Origin: a virus
Taxonomy: Duplodnaviria; Caudoviricetes
Length of the DNA stretch: 64,000 nucleotides
Virus record (IMG/VR): IMGVR_UViG_3300035703_000078
Span: 4,288-68,287 of that record
Direction: 5' to 3' (one strand)
Shown: positions 36,614 to 46,689 of the stretch, piece by piece
Position numbering within the stretch: position 1 is the first letter of the stretch
Layout: every line of letters begins with the position of its first letter
Notes under the pieces: generated by a model
Databases searched by the model: none
Told to the model about the DNA's origin: nothing
What the model saw: only the letters and a program-made list of their open reading frames with translations
Translations under genes and position numbers: made by a program

Positions 36614-39600
36614 TAAAGTTAAGATTATCTGGGTCTAAGCTAACAAGTAAACGCTCACATGGATCTGATGTAAGTACAGACAATCTAATCCATAGATTAC
36701 CAGGAATACCAGCTCTTGTAAACTTAACTGCACATTCATTTCTACCAGAAATCATAGGAGCAATTGAAGAAATTCTAGTAGTTCCTAAATCACCCTCAAC
36801 TGAATCCATTGTACCATCACCAAAAGATACAATATCAGCATCAAAAATAGTAGGAGGAATAGGACCAGGTGGTTCGGTATATAACTCAGTTCCAGTAGTT
36901 GTAGATGTATTCCTAAAGTCTATTAAACTAAAGTTCCAAGGACCACCATCTTTTTCAGAATCAGTTCCATTATCATTCCAATTTGGGTAATCTAAATTTA
37001 AATTCTGTGATGTAAATCTTCTAAATACTTTTGAATAACCAATTGATTTAATTCTTGGTGTTTGAATAGCAAGGGTTATAACATATCTAAAAGTACCGTT
37101 ATGATTTTCTATTTGTTCATTTTTAATATATACCTTTAACTTAGAATAATCATATCTTGAAGATGCTCTAAGAGCTTCTATGTCACTTGTGTCTGCAAAT
37201 ATATCTGCAACACTTGAAATAACCTTTGTTGTTCCAGATCCTGGTTGGTTGTTAAGACCCCACTCTAGAATAACAGAGCTGTTTAATACTTCTTTATTAG
37301 GATCTCTAACTAGAGAAGCCACCTCTCCCTTAGAAATAATTCTAAAAACATATTCATCTACGGGATCTGGAATAAAATTAGAAGCCTGTGAGAACAAACA
37401 ATTAGCATCAATATTTAAAAGATGTGTTCCTTGATATCCATGAGTGTCATTAATATGGAATGCTTGCGGCCCACTGGCTGTAGAGGGGTGATCAACATGT
37501 AATTCATTTGATCTATATAACCAAGGTACAAAATATTTACCCTTTATTTGCGATAACTGATTAGCCGCAGCAGATATATTAGATAATGGTGGCATTTTAT
37601 TCCAAGTATTATAATAAGAATTAGTACTTGGTGGGTTAACAGTAATTTGATTATTAAATGAACTTAGATTTGTTTTTTGTATAAACCAATCAATGCAAGC
37701 TTCATTAAAAAATGAATGTTCTAGTGTTCTTGGATTTTGAAAATCTGAATCTCCATCAATAAGTTCAGACCAATTTCTAGACCATGCTTCCCAAAAGGTA
37801 TCAGCTTTAAAGTATAATCCCCCCTGATCACCACCAAATGCTTTAGGTGATACAGTGTCGGCTAATACATTAAATCTTGTACCTCTAACATTGTCTAGAT
37901 AAGAATCACTAACACCAGCAGGTTCATCAATGTTATAAATAAAATGCCGTGAAAGACCCTGGAATCTAACATCTTTTTTTGCATCATCTAATGTGGAACT
38001 TCCTATTGGATCAATTCCAAGAGCTAAAGCAATTTCATTATAATAAATTATTTGTTCAGGTATTCTAAAAGTAATTGGCTTTATAGTTTCATTTGGTATT
38101 TCTAATCGTCTAAATCCGGTGGGATATGAAGGATCGCTACTTATAAAAGTATTCCACCCAGAATAATCTGCTTTTATAGCTCCGGCTTTATAGTACCTAC
38201 TTAAAGTATCTCTATATTGTTTTGTATTTAAACTAACATCATTCTTGAATTGGAACAACTGTCGAGCACCAGCAAAAGCCATATCGCGTAAACCAAGCAA
38301 ATAAAAATCACAGTATGTTCTAGGTGTTCCTATTGCAGTAATAGTTTGCGGATCATTAGGTTCCCAAGAAGAACCTAGTTTATTAATCTCATCAATTACG
38401 GTTTGTTTATTAACTCCAGTAATATCCTGAAAATAAAAATATTCAGTTGTCGATCCTGGTAAAAATACTGGTAATTTTAGAGTTGATGTATTACACTGTG
38501 GGATGCTTAAATAAAATGACTTAATACCATAACCATGAACTTTAGATTTATGGTATATAATACTGTTATCTATATCTTCTAAATCAAAGTCAGTTGGCTC
38601 TGGAAAAGAAGTAGCACCGCTTTCAGTTCTACCTACACCATATACCCAAGGATTGTCAAATCTATGCTTTGTAGAAGTAAAAATAGACCCAAACATATCT
38701 TGAATTTGATCATCCAATCTCTCTTGAATAATAGCGCACCAAAGTGATTGTTGGCTAGAAAATCTACTAAAGTCGTTATAATCGGCAAAAAATGGAACAT
38801 GAATATACCCATACGGAGAATAAAACTCACAGGGATGATCCCAAAACTGTGTATTCTGGCAATTTAGTGGATGGTTTCTGGCTAATTTACATAAGTTGCT
38901 ACCAGATGAAGCACTAGCTTCTCTTTGGTATGCTTGTCTATCTAAGCCAAGATTCCAATAGAATTTCATCTTGGTAGGATTGCCAGTATCGATTATAATA
39001 TCTTCTAAAGTTTCTTGAACCCAGTTAAACCACACTTCTGGATCATCGTGAACTTGGCCAGCTGGTATTAATGTCTTGACTAAATGATATCCAGTAGGGG
39101 CATCTAAAAGAACCCACTGTAATCCTGGTGAAGCAGACTTAAATCTTGTTAAGAAAGACTTACTACTAACATCAATACTTGTAGAATCAGAAGTATATGA
39201 TAAGTCATTACCAATAGTTCTATTCTTGTAAAATACCCTATCTTTAAAGATAAGATTATCTACTGTAATATCTACCGTAGGAACAACATTACGCCATTGG
39301 AGGGGAATTCCACTTACAACCAAGATGCTACCAGGTTCAATTGGGGTTGTAAGAACTGGAAGGAATGTACTGCTTCCACCACCGCCACCACTTGAACCAG
39401 GAACAAACTTATCACCCTGCCATATTAAAGTATCACCAATAGCAATACTATCTAAATCGAAAACTAAAGGACTAACGCCACCTTCTACAGTAAGACCACC
39501 AGTTGAAAAGTATGAAATCTTATCACTTGCGAATTCTTTTTCCTGTATGGCAAACAAAAGTTGGTGGAAAGAAGTATTAAGCTGTTCTGCTGTAAGCTTA

Positions 39601-39917
39601 GCACCATCTACAAACCTAAATAACATTCTATCAGATGGTGTACTTCTTCTAATAACAACCTGACCCGATGTTGGAGCAGTATTGAAAACAATATTGTTAT
39701 TGTCTACATCAAAAACATAGTCTGTATTTTCAATTAACTGAGTCTCTTCAGCTCCAGCAGAAGCTCTAGTATAAACCTTTAGTTGGGAAGTAACAGGAAA
39801 CTCACAAATCCAGTTGATGTCTGAAAAGGAGTAAGTTGCTCCACTAGCTGAATAAACTTTTTCTATGTTGTCGGCATAAAATACGGGATTACCGTCACTG
39901 TAACTATAGCAGGGCAT
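36594..39917 (-). CDS. tail fibre protein with T7 gp17-type N-terminal adaptor
   Basis: IVFNTAPTSGQVVIRRSTP...FVDGAKLTAEQLN..QLLFAIQE; position after tail tube B. Confidence 0.85.
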   Translation of the reverse strand: MPCYSYSDGNPVFYADNIEKVYSASGATYSFSDINWICEFPVTSQLKVYTRASAGAEETQLIENTDYVFDVDNNNIVFNTAPTSGQVVIRRSTPSDRMLFRFVDGAKLTAEQLNTSFHQLLFAIQEKEFASDKISYFSTGGLTVEGGVSPLVFDLDSIAIGDTLIWQGDKFVPGSSGGGGGSSTFLPVLTTPIEPGSILVVSGIPLQWRNVVPTVDITVDNLIFKDRVFYKNRTIGNDLSYTSDSTSIDVSSKSFLTRFKSASPGLQWVLLDAPTGYHLVKTLIPAGQVHDDPEVWFNWVQETLEDIIIDTGNPTKMKFYWNLGLDRQAYQREASASSGSNLCKLARNHPLNCQNTQFWDHPCEFYSPYGYIHVPFFADYNDFSRFSSQQSLWCAIIQERLDDQIQDMFGSIFTSTKHRFDNPWVYGVGRTESGATSFPEPTDFDLEDIDNSIIYHKSKVHGYGIKSFYLSIPQCNTSTLKLPVFLPGSTTEYFYFQDITGVNKQTVIDEINKLGSSWEPNDPQTITAIGTPRTYCDFYLLGLRDMAFAGARQLFQFKNDVSLNTKQYRDTLSRYYKAGAIKADYSGWNTFISSDPSYPTGFRRLEIPNETIKPITFRIPEQIIYYNEIALALGIDPIGSSTLDDAKKDVRFQGLSRHFIYNIDEPAGVSDSYLDNVRGTRFNVLADTVSPKAFGGDQGGLYFKADTFWEAWSRNWSELIDGDSDFQNPRTLEHSFFNEACIDWFIQKTNLSSFNNQITVNPPSTNSYYNTWNKMPPLSNISAAANQLSQIKGKYFVPWLYRSNELHVDHPSTASGPQAFHINDTHGYQGTHLLNIDANCLFSQASNFIPDPVDEYVFRIISKGEVASLVRDPNKEVLNSSVILEWGLNNQPGSGTTKVISSVADIFADTSDIEALRASSRYDYSKLKVYIKNEQIENHNGTFRYVITLAIQTPRIKSIGYSKVFRRFTSQNLNLDYPNWNDNGTDSEKDGGPWNFSLIDFRNTSTTTGTELYTEPPGPIPPTIFDADIVSFGDGTMDSVEGDLGTTRISSIAPMISGRNECAVKFTRAGIPGNLWIRLSVLTSDPCERLLVSLDPDNLNFSDFTEE

Positions 39918-39926
39918 TTTTTCTCC

Positions 39927-42815
39927 TTATTCAATACTGGTATTTCTTGGTCTAAATGTACCAAGTACTTCGATATTTGTTATATTACATGGTGTTGGGT
40001 AGGGTGATTGTATAAAAATACTGAGGTTTTCTGAGAACGCAAGAACCTTAGTAAAGTGCTCCCCAACTTCTGATATCTTTAGATTACCTATTGGTGTTAA
40101 AGGATTATTAAGATCCAATGGATTGAAAGTTGTAACAGACTGAGCTCTATTCTTCCTTGCAATTATAACATCATAGTTACCTGTATTAAAGTGCCTAGTT
40201 GTCAGTCTCTTAATATTTAACACACCTTCGCTAACAGATGAAGAATCATCTGATGATCTAGCAATCAGTGGAGATAGCTCAACATTCATCAAATAAGATC
40301 TACCTATCCAAACAGCGTTTTCTGATATATCACCAGTAACCTTGATTTTGGTTTGACCAGTAATAGGATCAGCAAAGTTTTCTGTAACCTCATAGGCATT
40401 ATAGGCATCATTACCCCAATCTTCGTGAAGGACTACATAATCAATTAGTGGGTCATATACGGGTAAGGTAATTGTAGATTCTTCAGAAATTGAATCATAG
40501 AAAATACTTGGTGATTCAATCTTCTGTAACCAATCTATCATGGGTGTGGTTACTGGAACAGACTCTAAGGATACATAGTAAACAGCCAATCCTTCAGCTG
40601 GACTTAGGCTTGAAGTCTGTCTCTTAGAGATAATGTACATATCTTTTTCATAAGTATTCATAGCAACAACCTTATCATTTTCAGATAGAATCCACCTATG
40701 GAATGCATTCTGAGCTATTGCATTATTATTAACTCTAAAGGTATGAACATATATTTCATTCTTATTTGCACTGTCTACGGCAAATATAGAATTTGTAGCT
40801 GAGCTTGCAGTAATTGCTGAGATAGCATCTGGCAAGTATCCCCTACAATGGAAGCTTACATCTTGACTGGTTGAATACTCATCTCCCATTGATCCACCAG
40901 AAACATAAAGATAGCTTTTCCCATTATCCATAAAGAAAATACTTGTTGCCATCTTTTGGGGAGCAACCAGCTTGGAAGTACTGAAGTAAGATGTGGGTCT
41001 AAACTCTACATTAAATGCAGATATGTTGGTATCTAAAGATCCACCACGAACTTCAAACTGAGTAGATCCAGAGCTAAGAGCAAGCATGATATTCTGATAT
41101 GGTACAATATGACTTAGCTTGTTGTAGGATCCAACGCTTGCTTGAATATCAATAGGATCTGTTTCTGTTATGTTATTAACATCATCAATCCAAAAGTTAA
41201 AGAAAGAATTGGTTTTACTGGCTAATAGATTATTATTAGTAGCAAACCATAATCTATTTTTCCAAATAGCCATAGATTGAATCTTTTCTTTTTTATTAAC
41301 ACAGGATGGACCTGGGTTATTTAAGGATGTTCCAGATCGTCGCGGGAATAAAGGTAAGTGCTTGACGCGCCACTGTCCATCTGTAGCTGTATCCTTATAA
41401 ATAATTAAGGGGAATCTTCTGTGATCAAATACTGTATTTGGGCCTTCAGATCTTACCCGCTCAAAGTAAGGATTCTTCTTATATCTGGTTGCTCTATAGA
41501 AACCAGCGGGGAATGTAAGGTATGGGCTTCTAGCATTGAACACCTTACCAAATCCCCAGTAACTTGTTTCTCCATCACGATCTTCTTGTGGTAATGGTGA
41601 GGTTCTATGATAATGATCTTTAGTCCAGTCAATTACTTCAATACCATCAACCAATGGAATAGGAATATTCCGTGGATTATCTAAATAATGATGGAACATT
41701 CTTACAGCCTGCCAACCATTAGGATCTCTTACAGCATCTGATACACTTGTTTCTGAAGAACCAAGAGAAACTATTTGAGGAATATTACCAAAGTTTTCTC
41801 TACTTTGTCCTTTTTCCACTTCTTCATATAACTCGTTTGATGAATCTACTTCAAATATAATATCATCTCTAACATTATCCCAATAGAAAGGATTTTCCTC
41901 AAACTCCCCACTGGTATTAAATGAACCTAAGATATCTTCTTGGATAGCTGGGGCTGTAACATTTTCACCATTGTAAGCGGGTGGTCTAGCAGAAATCTTA
42001 TAATTAATTACATCTCCAGAGTGAATATATTCATTGTTAGGAATGTTTGAATAAAAAGTAGGGCTTTTAAAACCACCACCACTAGATTCTAAGCTTGCAT
42101 TGTTAGGCATAAAATCCAATGGAACTAGTTTATTCCATAGAATAATACCAACATCATAATCAATAGCACCAAATGTATCTTTCATTGGAGTAGAGCTTGA
42201 TATTTGAATTTCTTGGTTTGCCATTTTATAAGAAGCAAGACCAGTTTTATTACCAAATGTCAAGTACTCAAATACACTTCGGTTAAATCCACTTGTATTA
42301 TTTACTCCTGCACTATTGTCTACTGTTTCTTTAATCCACTCGGTTGGTTCAATTCTATAAACAGAAATAAAATCATCTAGTTTTATATCTATCATTACTC
42401 CAAACCCAGCTGGTTCATAATGAAAACTATTTACAGCAACTGGATCAAACTTATAAGCAGCTCTATTAATAATAATACAATAACGATTAAATCCATCTAT
42501 ATCCAAGAAATGGAAAAACAAATTATCAGTATTAAAGTTTGTTAAAGGACCATCTTGATTTGGGTCAAGAGGATCCAAGAAGTTAGTAAGCGGTGTAGAA
42601 TTCTTAACACTAAGTGGAGAATTCTCTGTTTGACCAAGATATGGTGAACCAGCTTCACAACTAACTTTAGTAAGTGGTGGCCGCTTTTCAACAGACTTCT
42701 CTAATGTAACCAGACAATTATCAATGTTTTGCGCTTCTGACATTAAGCGTTTTGTTGGTGCTTGTCTGCCAACACCACCGCTAAGTGAATTAATAGGAAG
42801 TCTGATAAACGGCAT
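39927..42815 (-). CDS. tail tubular protein B (gp12-like nozzle)
   Basis: LSGGVGRQAP, KRPP, KNRLWF, FFNFW, TDPIDI, QNAFHRW. Confidence 0.9.
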   Translation of the reverse strand: MPFIRLPINSLSGGVGRQAPTKRLMSEAQNIDNCLVTLEKSVEKRPPLTKVSCEAGSPYLGQTENSPLSVKNSTPLTNFLDPLDPNQDGPLTNFNTDNLFFHFLDIDGFNRYCIIINRAAYKFDPVAVNSFHYEPAGFGVMIDIKLDDFISVYRIEPTEWIKETVDNSAGVNNTSGFNRSVFEYLTFGNKTGLASYKMANQEIQISSSTPMKDTFGAIDYDVGIILWNKLVPLDFMPNNASLESSGGGFKSPTFYSNIPNNEYIHSGDVINYKISARPPAYNGENVTAPAIQEDILGSFNTSGEFEENPFYWDNVRDDIIFEVDSSNELYEEVEKGQSRENFGNIPQIVSLGSSETSVSDAVRDPNGWQAVRMFHHYLDNPRNIPIPLVDGIEVIDWTKDHYHRTSPLPQEDRDGETSYWGFGKVFNARSPYLTFPAGFYRATRYKKNPYFERVRSEGPNTVFDHRRFPLIIYKDTATDGQWRVKHLPLFPRRSGTSLNNPGPSCVNKKEKIQSMAIWKNRLWFATNNNLLASKTNSFFNFWIDDVNNITETDPIDIQASVGSYNKLSHIVPYQNIMLALSSGSTQFEVRGGSLDTNISAFNVEFRPTSYFSTSKLVAPQKMATSIFFMDNGKSYLYVSGGSMGDEYSTSQDVSFHCRGYLPDAISAITASSATNSIFAVDSANKNEIYVHTFRVNNNAIAQNAFHRWILSENDKVVAMNTYEKDMYIISKRQTSSLSPAEGLAVYYVSLESVPVTTPMIDWLQKIESPSIFYDSISEESTITLPVYDPLIDYVVLHEDWGNDAYNAYEVTENFADPITGQTKIKVTGDISENAVWIGRSYLMNVELSPLIARSSDDSSSVSEGVLNIKRLTTRHFNTGNYDVIIARKNRAQSVTTFNPLDLNNPLTPIGNLKISEVGEHFTKVLAFSENLSIFIQSPYPTPCNITNIEVLGTFRPRNTSIE

Positions 42816-42818
42816 AAA

Positions 42819-43487
42819 TTAAAACCTCGTTCTTGTAAAGTAAGGATCGTTACTTAGTATACCACGGCGATCTACAGCTGCTTTAGTACCTGGATCACCA
42901 CCAAATATACTACGACGCTTCTTTGAGATATCAGAAGCTCTACCTCTAGCTACATGGAATTGCTCTCTGCTAGCTAAGTACTGATCTACACCAGGATCAC
43001 CCTGCGTTACTGCTTGATATTCTCTTGCTGCGGTTTCCATTATACCGCGCTGCAATGGAGAATCAATATCATTCCATCCATAAGGATTGGATATGCTAGA
43101 AGGATCACCTAGTAGAACAATTACTTCGACCTTTAAAGCCTTGTCAAATACATCTGTCTGCTTGGTAATGTTGAAAAGCCGAGGTGGATTGGACTTAATA
43201 GTAGTATGGATCACCTCCCCCGTCGTAGAATCAAACAACGGCTCGACAACCTGTGCATAGCAAGCATTAGCTGGCAAAAGAATTTTACCATCGACTTCAG
43301 GCTCATATGTATCTACAAACCTATTATTTGCTATACCCCTCATTGTTGCAGACTTGATGGCTTGGTTAAGTATAAACTGAGCTACACTTGTATCTACGCC
43401 TGACTCAGTTTCAATATCACTAACCAGATGCTCACCGGAAGCAAGTAACATGTGGTTTATAGCATCCGTGTACGAATACAAACCCAT
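42819..43487 (-). CDS. tail tubular protein A (gp11-like)
   Basis: DAINHMLLASGE..V; position after the major capsid gene. Confidence 0.85.
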   Translation of the reverse strand: MGLYSYTDAINHMLLASGEHLVSDIETESGVDTSVAQFILNQAIKSATMRGIANNRFVDTYEPEVDGKILLPANACYAQVVEPLFDSTTGEVIHTTIKSNPPRLFNITKQTDVFDKALKVEVIVLLGDPSSISNPYGWNDIDSPLQRGIMETAAREYQAVTQGDPGVDQYLASREQFHVARGRASDISKKRRSIFGGDPGTKAAVDRRGILSNDPYFTRTRF

Positions 43488-43648
43488 TACTTTGATCCTT
43501 TCTTATAGGGTACTAACTTATTCAGCATTTCTTGTCTCTTCTCGCAACCACAACCAGGCTTCTTATCTACACCTAGTTTTTTTAAAACCTTAGCTACGGA
43601 ATCGCCAAGTCCTCTAGACGATTGTTGAATTGGATTATATGGTTTCAT
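43487..43648 (-). CDS. small GLGD...CGC..RQE protein, 53 aa
   Basis: AAAGGAGG SD; MKPYNPIQQSSRGLGDSVAKVLKKLGVDKKPGCGCEKRQEMLNKLVPYKKGSK; TAATG overlap with the next gene. Confidence 0.75.
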   Translation of the reverse strand: MKPYNPIQQSSRGLGDSVAKVLKKLGVDKKPGCGCEKRQEMLNKLVPYKKGSK

Positions 43649-43660
43649 AAATCCTCCTTT

Positions 43661-43696
43661 AGAAAAATACCTAGGGAATCTTTCGACTCCCTAGGC
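43661..43696 (-). terminator. T-phi-like terminator after the major capsid gene
   Basis: GCCTAGGGAGTC-GAAA-GATTCCCTAGGT followed by ATTTTTCT. Confidence 0.85.
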
Positions 43697-43720
43697 ATGA
43701 GTTGTTAGCTAAACGCTAGA

Positions 43721-45067
43721 TTAATCAACAGTGTAAGTACCCTGGATTGCGCCGCAGAGTTCTGGGCGTAGGATACCTGCGCCACCCATGATGCTGCTGA
43801 CGGTGAAGAATGTACCTCTACGGACATCCTTAACAGTCTCAACCTTCATGCCTTGTAGACGCATTGAGCATACAGCATTTCGCTGCCAAATTAGAGCCTT
43901 GACAGGCTTTAATGTGTCGCCAGATGCTAGTACGCCGTCAGAAGCTAGAACGCCTGAGCTAGACTGAGCAAAGTTAAAGTTATACTTAGCATCGCCAAGA
44001 TCGGTAACAATACCAATTTCGTCACCGTCTGCACCAATACCAGTTACTGGAATATCCTTAACATTGGCAGTACCAGCGGTGTTTACCCAAGTATGATCAA
44101 GCTGGCCAAGGTGGTTGCTCTTAACAATCTTAACACCCATGTATTCAAGAGTATCACTTAGACCAAACATACCGGCATTTAGTGGTGAACCAAGACCACC
44201 AGCTTCGGCAACGCCACCGAAGAATGGACGGCCAGCGCCACCAGCTAGATCACCAGCAACTCTAGCAATACCTAGAGCGCGGATGTCGTGGAAAGCCTGT
44301 GGTGTTACGGCGCAGTATACTTCACCGCCCATAACATCAATTTCCTGTAAGTGAACCATGTAACGCTCAAGATAATCTAGAAGTAATAGAGCAGCATTGG
44401 TTCTATTTGTTCTAGCTACAGTTGCGTCTGGATCATTCTTGGTGTTACCGAGAGCATTGAATGTTGCATCGGGTGGTAGAATAAGGTTGCTGCTGTTGTT
44501 CATACCAGCATAACCAGTACCGAAAGGATTGCGGTTATCGGCAAATGCGCCTTGAGCAATCATGCAAGCAATCTGCTTGTCACGGACATTAGCTAGAGCA
44601 AGGCCAGCCTGACGGGCTAGTTCTGCTCTATAGTCCCACTGAGTAAGCATGAGGTGGATATCATCAAGCTCAAAGAAAGCGCACATAGGACGCTGATCGA
44701 GTGAGATATCGAACCAACCTGGGGTTGAAATACCAGTATCACCTAGTAGTTCTTCGCCTGCTTCCCATACACCCTTGTGACCAACGGTTCCGGTAATTGG
44801 GAAACGCTTGGTAGTACCTGATTCAATGGTTTCAGTTACAACCATTGGCTCAAAGATGTTGTACTGATCATAAGCGTGAATAACTTCACCGCTCCAAATA
44901 GGAAGCCAGTAATCGGGATTTGCAGTACCTGAAACTGCTGGAATAGAAGTACCTGAAGCTGCTTGACCGCCCTGTGGCCATAGATTATTAGCGATTGAAA
45001 ATGAACCGCCATCTGGACCTGAATCAAGCGGGAAAATTGATGTAATATTGTCACCTGGAATTGGCAT
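43721..45067 (-). CDS. major capsid protein (T7 gp10-like)
   Basis: WSGEV, TIESGTTKRFPITG, WDYRAELARQAGLALA, YMGVKIVKSNHL, GAGILRPE. Confidence 0.93.
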   Translation of the reverse strand: MPIPGDNITSIFPLDSGPDGGSFSIANNLWPQGGQAASGTSIPAVSGTANPDYWLPIWSGEVIHAYDQYNIFEPMVVTETIESGTTKRFPITGTVGHKGVWEAGEELLGDTGISTPGWFDISLDQRPMCAFFELDDIHLMLTQWDYRAELARQAGLALANVRDKQIACMIAQGAFADNRNPFGTGYAGMNNSSNLILPPDATFNALGNTKNDPDATVARTNRTNAALLLLDYLERYMVHLQEIDVMGGEVYCAVTPQAFHDIRALGIARVAGDLAGGAGRPFFGGVAEAGGLGSPLNAGMFGLSDTLEYMGVKIVKSNHLGQLDHTWVNTAGTANVKDIPVTGIGADGDEIGIVTDLGDAKYNFNFAQSSSGVLASDGVLASGDTLKPVKALIWQRNAVCSMRLQGMKVETVKDVRRGTFFTVSSIMGGAGILRPELCGAIQGTYTVD

Positions 45068-45156
45068 TTTTGTTTCTCCTTAATTAAAGTTTCTCTCATA
45101 ATAAATATACATTGGAGAAACCATTAGTTATTCCGTGTCCATTGGATTATACGGAG

Positions 45157-46092
45157 TTAACGATTTCTAAACCCATACCGTGAAGTATTAATAAGCATTT
45201 GCTCAACAGCCCGTCTGAAATTAGCATCAGTACGATAACGGGGGTCAGCTACAGCAGCTTTTTGTTCTGCCATATTCTTAAATACTTGCACTTGTTGTGG
45301 AACCTGGGAGGGATTAACCCTGTTCTGCAAAGCCTGTGGTTCCTTACTTACTGGCTTTGCTGGTGTAGTTTCAGATTCAAATCTAGCCTTTAAGCCTAGC
45401 AAAACATTTCTGTATGCATTGGTCTGCAAGGCACGGTTTGTGGCATCAACCTCTTCCTTAGAAAGATTGGTTTGCGCCCACTTGAACAATCGCTTTAGGT
45501 TGTCTCCTCCTCCTACAACCGAAGCTGCATCGTCCCATGATTGTTTGGCTAATGCCTTACGACCACGGATCATTTGTTCAATAATCACATCATCAGCACC
45601 CATCTTATCCTTAATTTCCTTACGGGTAGTAGCACTTACGGAACCAGTAGAGTCAATTTCTTTACCCCACTTAGCCCAATCTTCTGTACTAATCCGAGAA
45701 TTTACAGGAGGCTTGGAAGCATCTTGCATTGTGATTTTGAGATCTTCTGGAATACCAGAAAGGTCTTCTGACTTAGGTTCTTCTTGAACCTGATCGACTA
45801 CACCGGATGGCTGGTAAGCAGGGTTGCTAACGCCATTCTCATTGTACTGCTTCTTCAGGGCAGCTACTTCCTGCCTTGCCTGTGTAAAGCCTTTACGGGC
45901 TTCTAACAGGCTGTTAAACCACGCATCCGCATCCTTGAAGTTAGATGGGATCTTCTGACCCTGATCCTTAACGTACTTGTTAAACATAGCACGTTCATGT
46001 GTTGTAACAGGATCTTCAGCTGGGGTTGTATTAACTAATTCCGGCTGAGTCTCGACAGGCTGAGATTGTTCAGCATTATTTTGTTCTAACAT
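45157..46092 (-). CDS. capsid scaffolding protein (gp9-like)
   Basis: VGGGDNLKRLFKWA, DPRYRTDANFR; position before the major capsid gene. Confidence 0.88.
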   Translation of the reverse strand: MLEQNNAEQSQPVETQPELVNTTPAEDPVTTHERAMFNKYVKDQGQKIPSNFKDADAWFNSLLEARKGFTQARQEVAALKKQYNENGVSNPAYQPSGVVDQVQEEPKSEDLSGIPEDLKITMQDASKPPVNSRISTEDWAKWGKEIDSTGSVSATTRKEIKDKMGADDVIIEQMIRGRKALAKQSWDDAASVVGGGDNLKRLFKWAQTNLSKEEVDATNRALQTNAYRNVLLGLKARFESETTPAKPVSKEPQALQNRVNPSQVPQQVQVFKNMAEQKAAVADPRYRTDANFRRAVEQMLINTSRYGFRNR

Positions 46093-46118
46093 TTATCTCT
46101 CCTTACTAAGATTATTGA

Positions 46119-46223
46119 TCACTTACGACCAGTCTTAGGTTTGATTTTTGGTTGAGGTTTCTTAGTATCTGGTTTAGGACCAGTCCTTGTTTTGATATAA
46201 TCTACATTAACTTTAGGTTTCAT
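46119..46223 (-). CDS. Lys/Pro-rich 34-aa peptide
   Basis: MKPKVNVDYIKTRTGPKPDTKKPQPKIKPKTGRK; ATGA overlap with the upstream gene. Confidence 0.5.
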   Translation of the reverse strand: MKPKVNVDYIKTRTGPKPDTKKPQPKIKPKTGRK

Positions 46224-46456
46224 TTTGTTGTTATTTTACCCCCAAAGCCAAGTTTATCGTTTGGACCAAGCTGCATTTTTTTTCTAAGCTTTCTAGAAAT
46301 CTTCTGTGGACTATTGCTATTACCACCTAAAGCAAATTTACCAGTAGATTCACTAGTTCCTGGGCCTTGGTTGCTTTGCATATTGGGACGAGTTTTACCA
46401 CTACCCATACCTGGTTTCTTTTCGGTATTACCTTGTCTTGCAGAATTGTTCATCAT
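46220..46456 (-). CDS. basic disordered protein
   Basis: ORF coupled to its neighbours. Confidence 0.6.
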   Translation of the reverse strand: MMNNSARQGNTEKKPGMGSGKTRPNMQSNQGPGTSESTGKFALGGNSNSPQKISRKLRKKMQLGPNDKLGFGGKITTK

Positions 46457-46680
46457 TGGGGCTTTACTCCAGTAGATCTTTCTGCCATCTTTTTCTTTCT
46501 AAGACTCTTTGATTCTGCTCTACTAGCATTCATTTCTGCTTTTCTAGTAGCCATGGATTTCTTAGGAACTTCGGTTCTTTCTACTTTAATCTTTTTTAAT
46601 GATTCCATTAGAGATGGTTTACCGACTCCTTGAGGACCAGGACCAGCAGCAGCTGCTTTCTTTTTCTTTCTTGCTCCCAT
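46453..46680 (-). CDS. Lys-rich basic protein
   Basis: AAGGAG SD; ARKKKK. Confidence 0.65.
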   Translation of the reverse strand: MGARKKKKAAAAGPGPQGVGKPSLMESLKKIKVERTEVPKKSMATRKAEMNASRAESKSLRKKKMAERSTGVKPQ

Positions 46681-46689
46681 ATATACTCC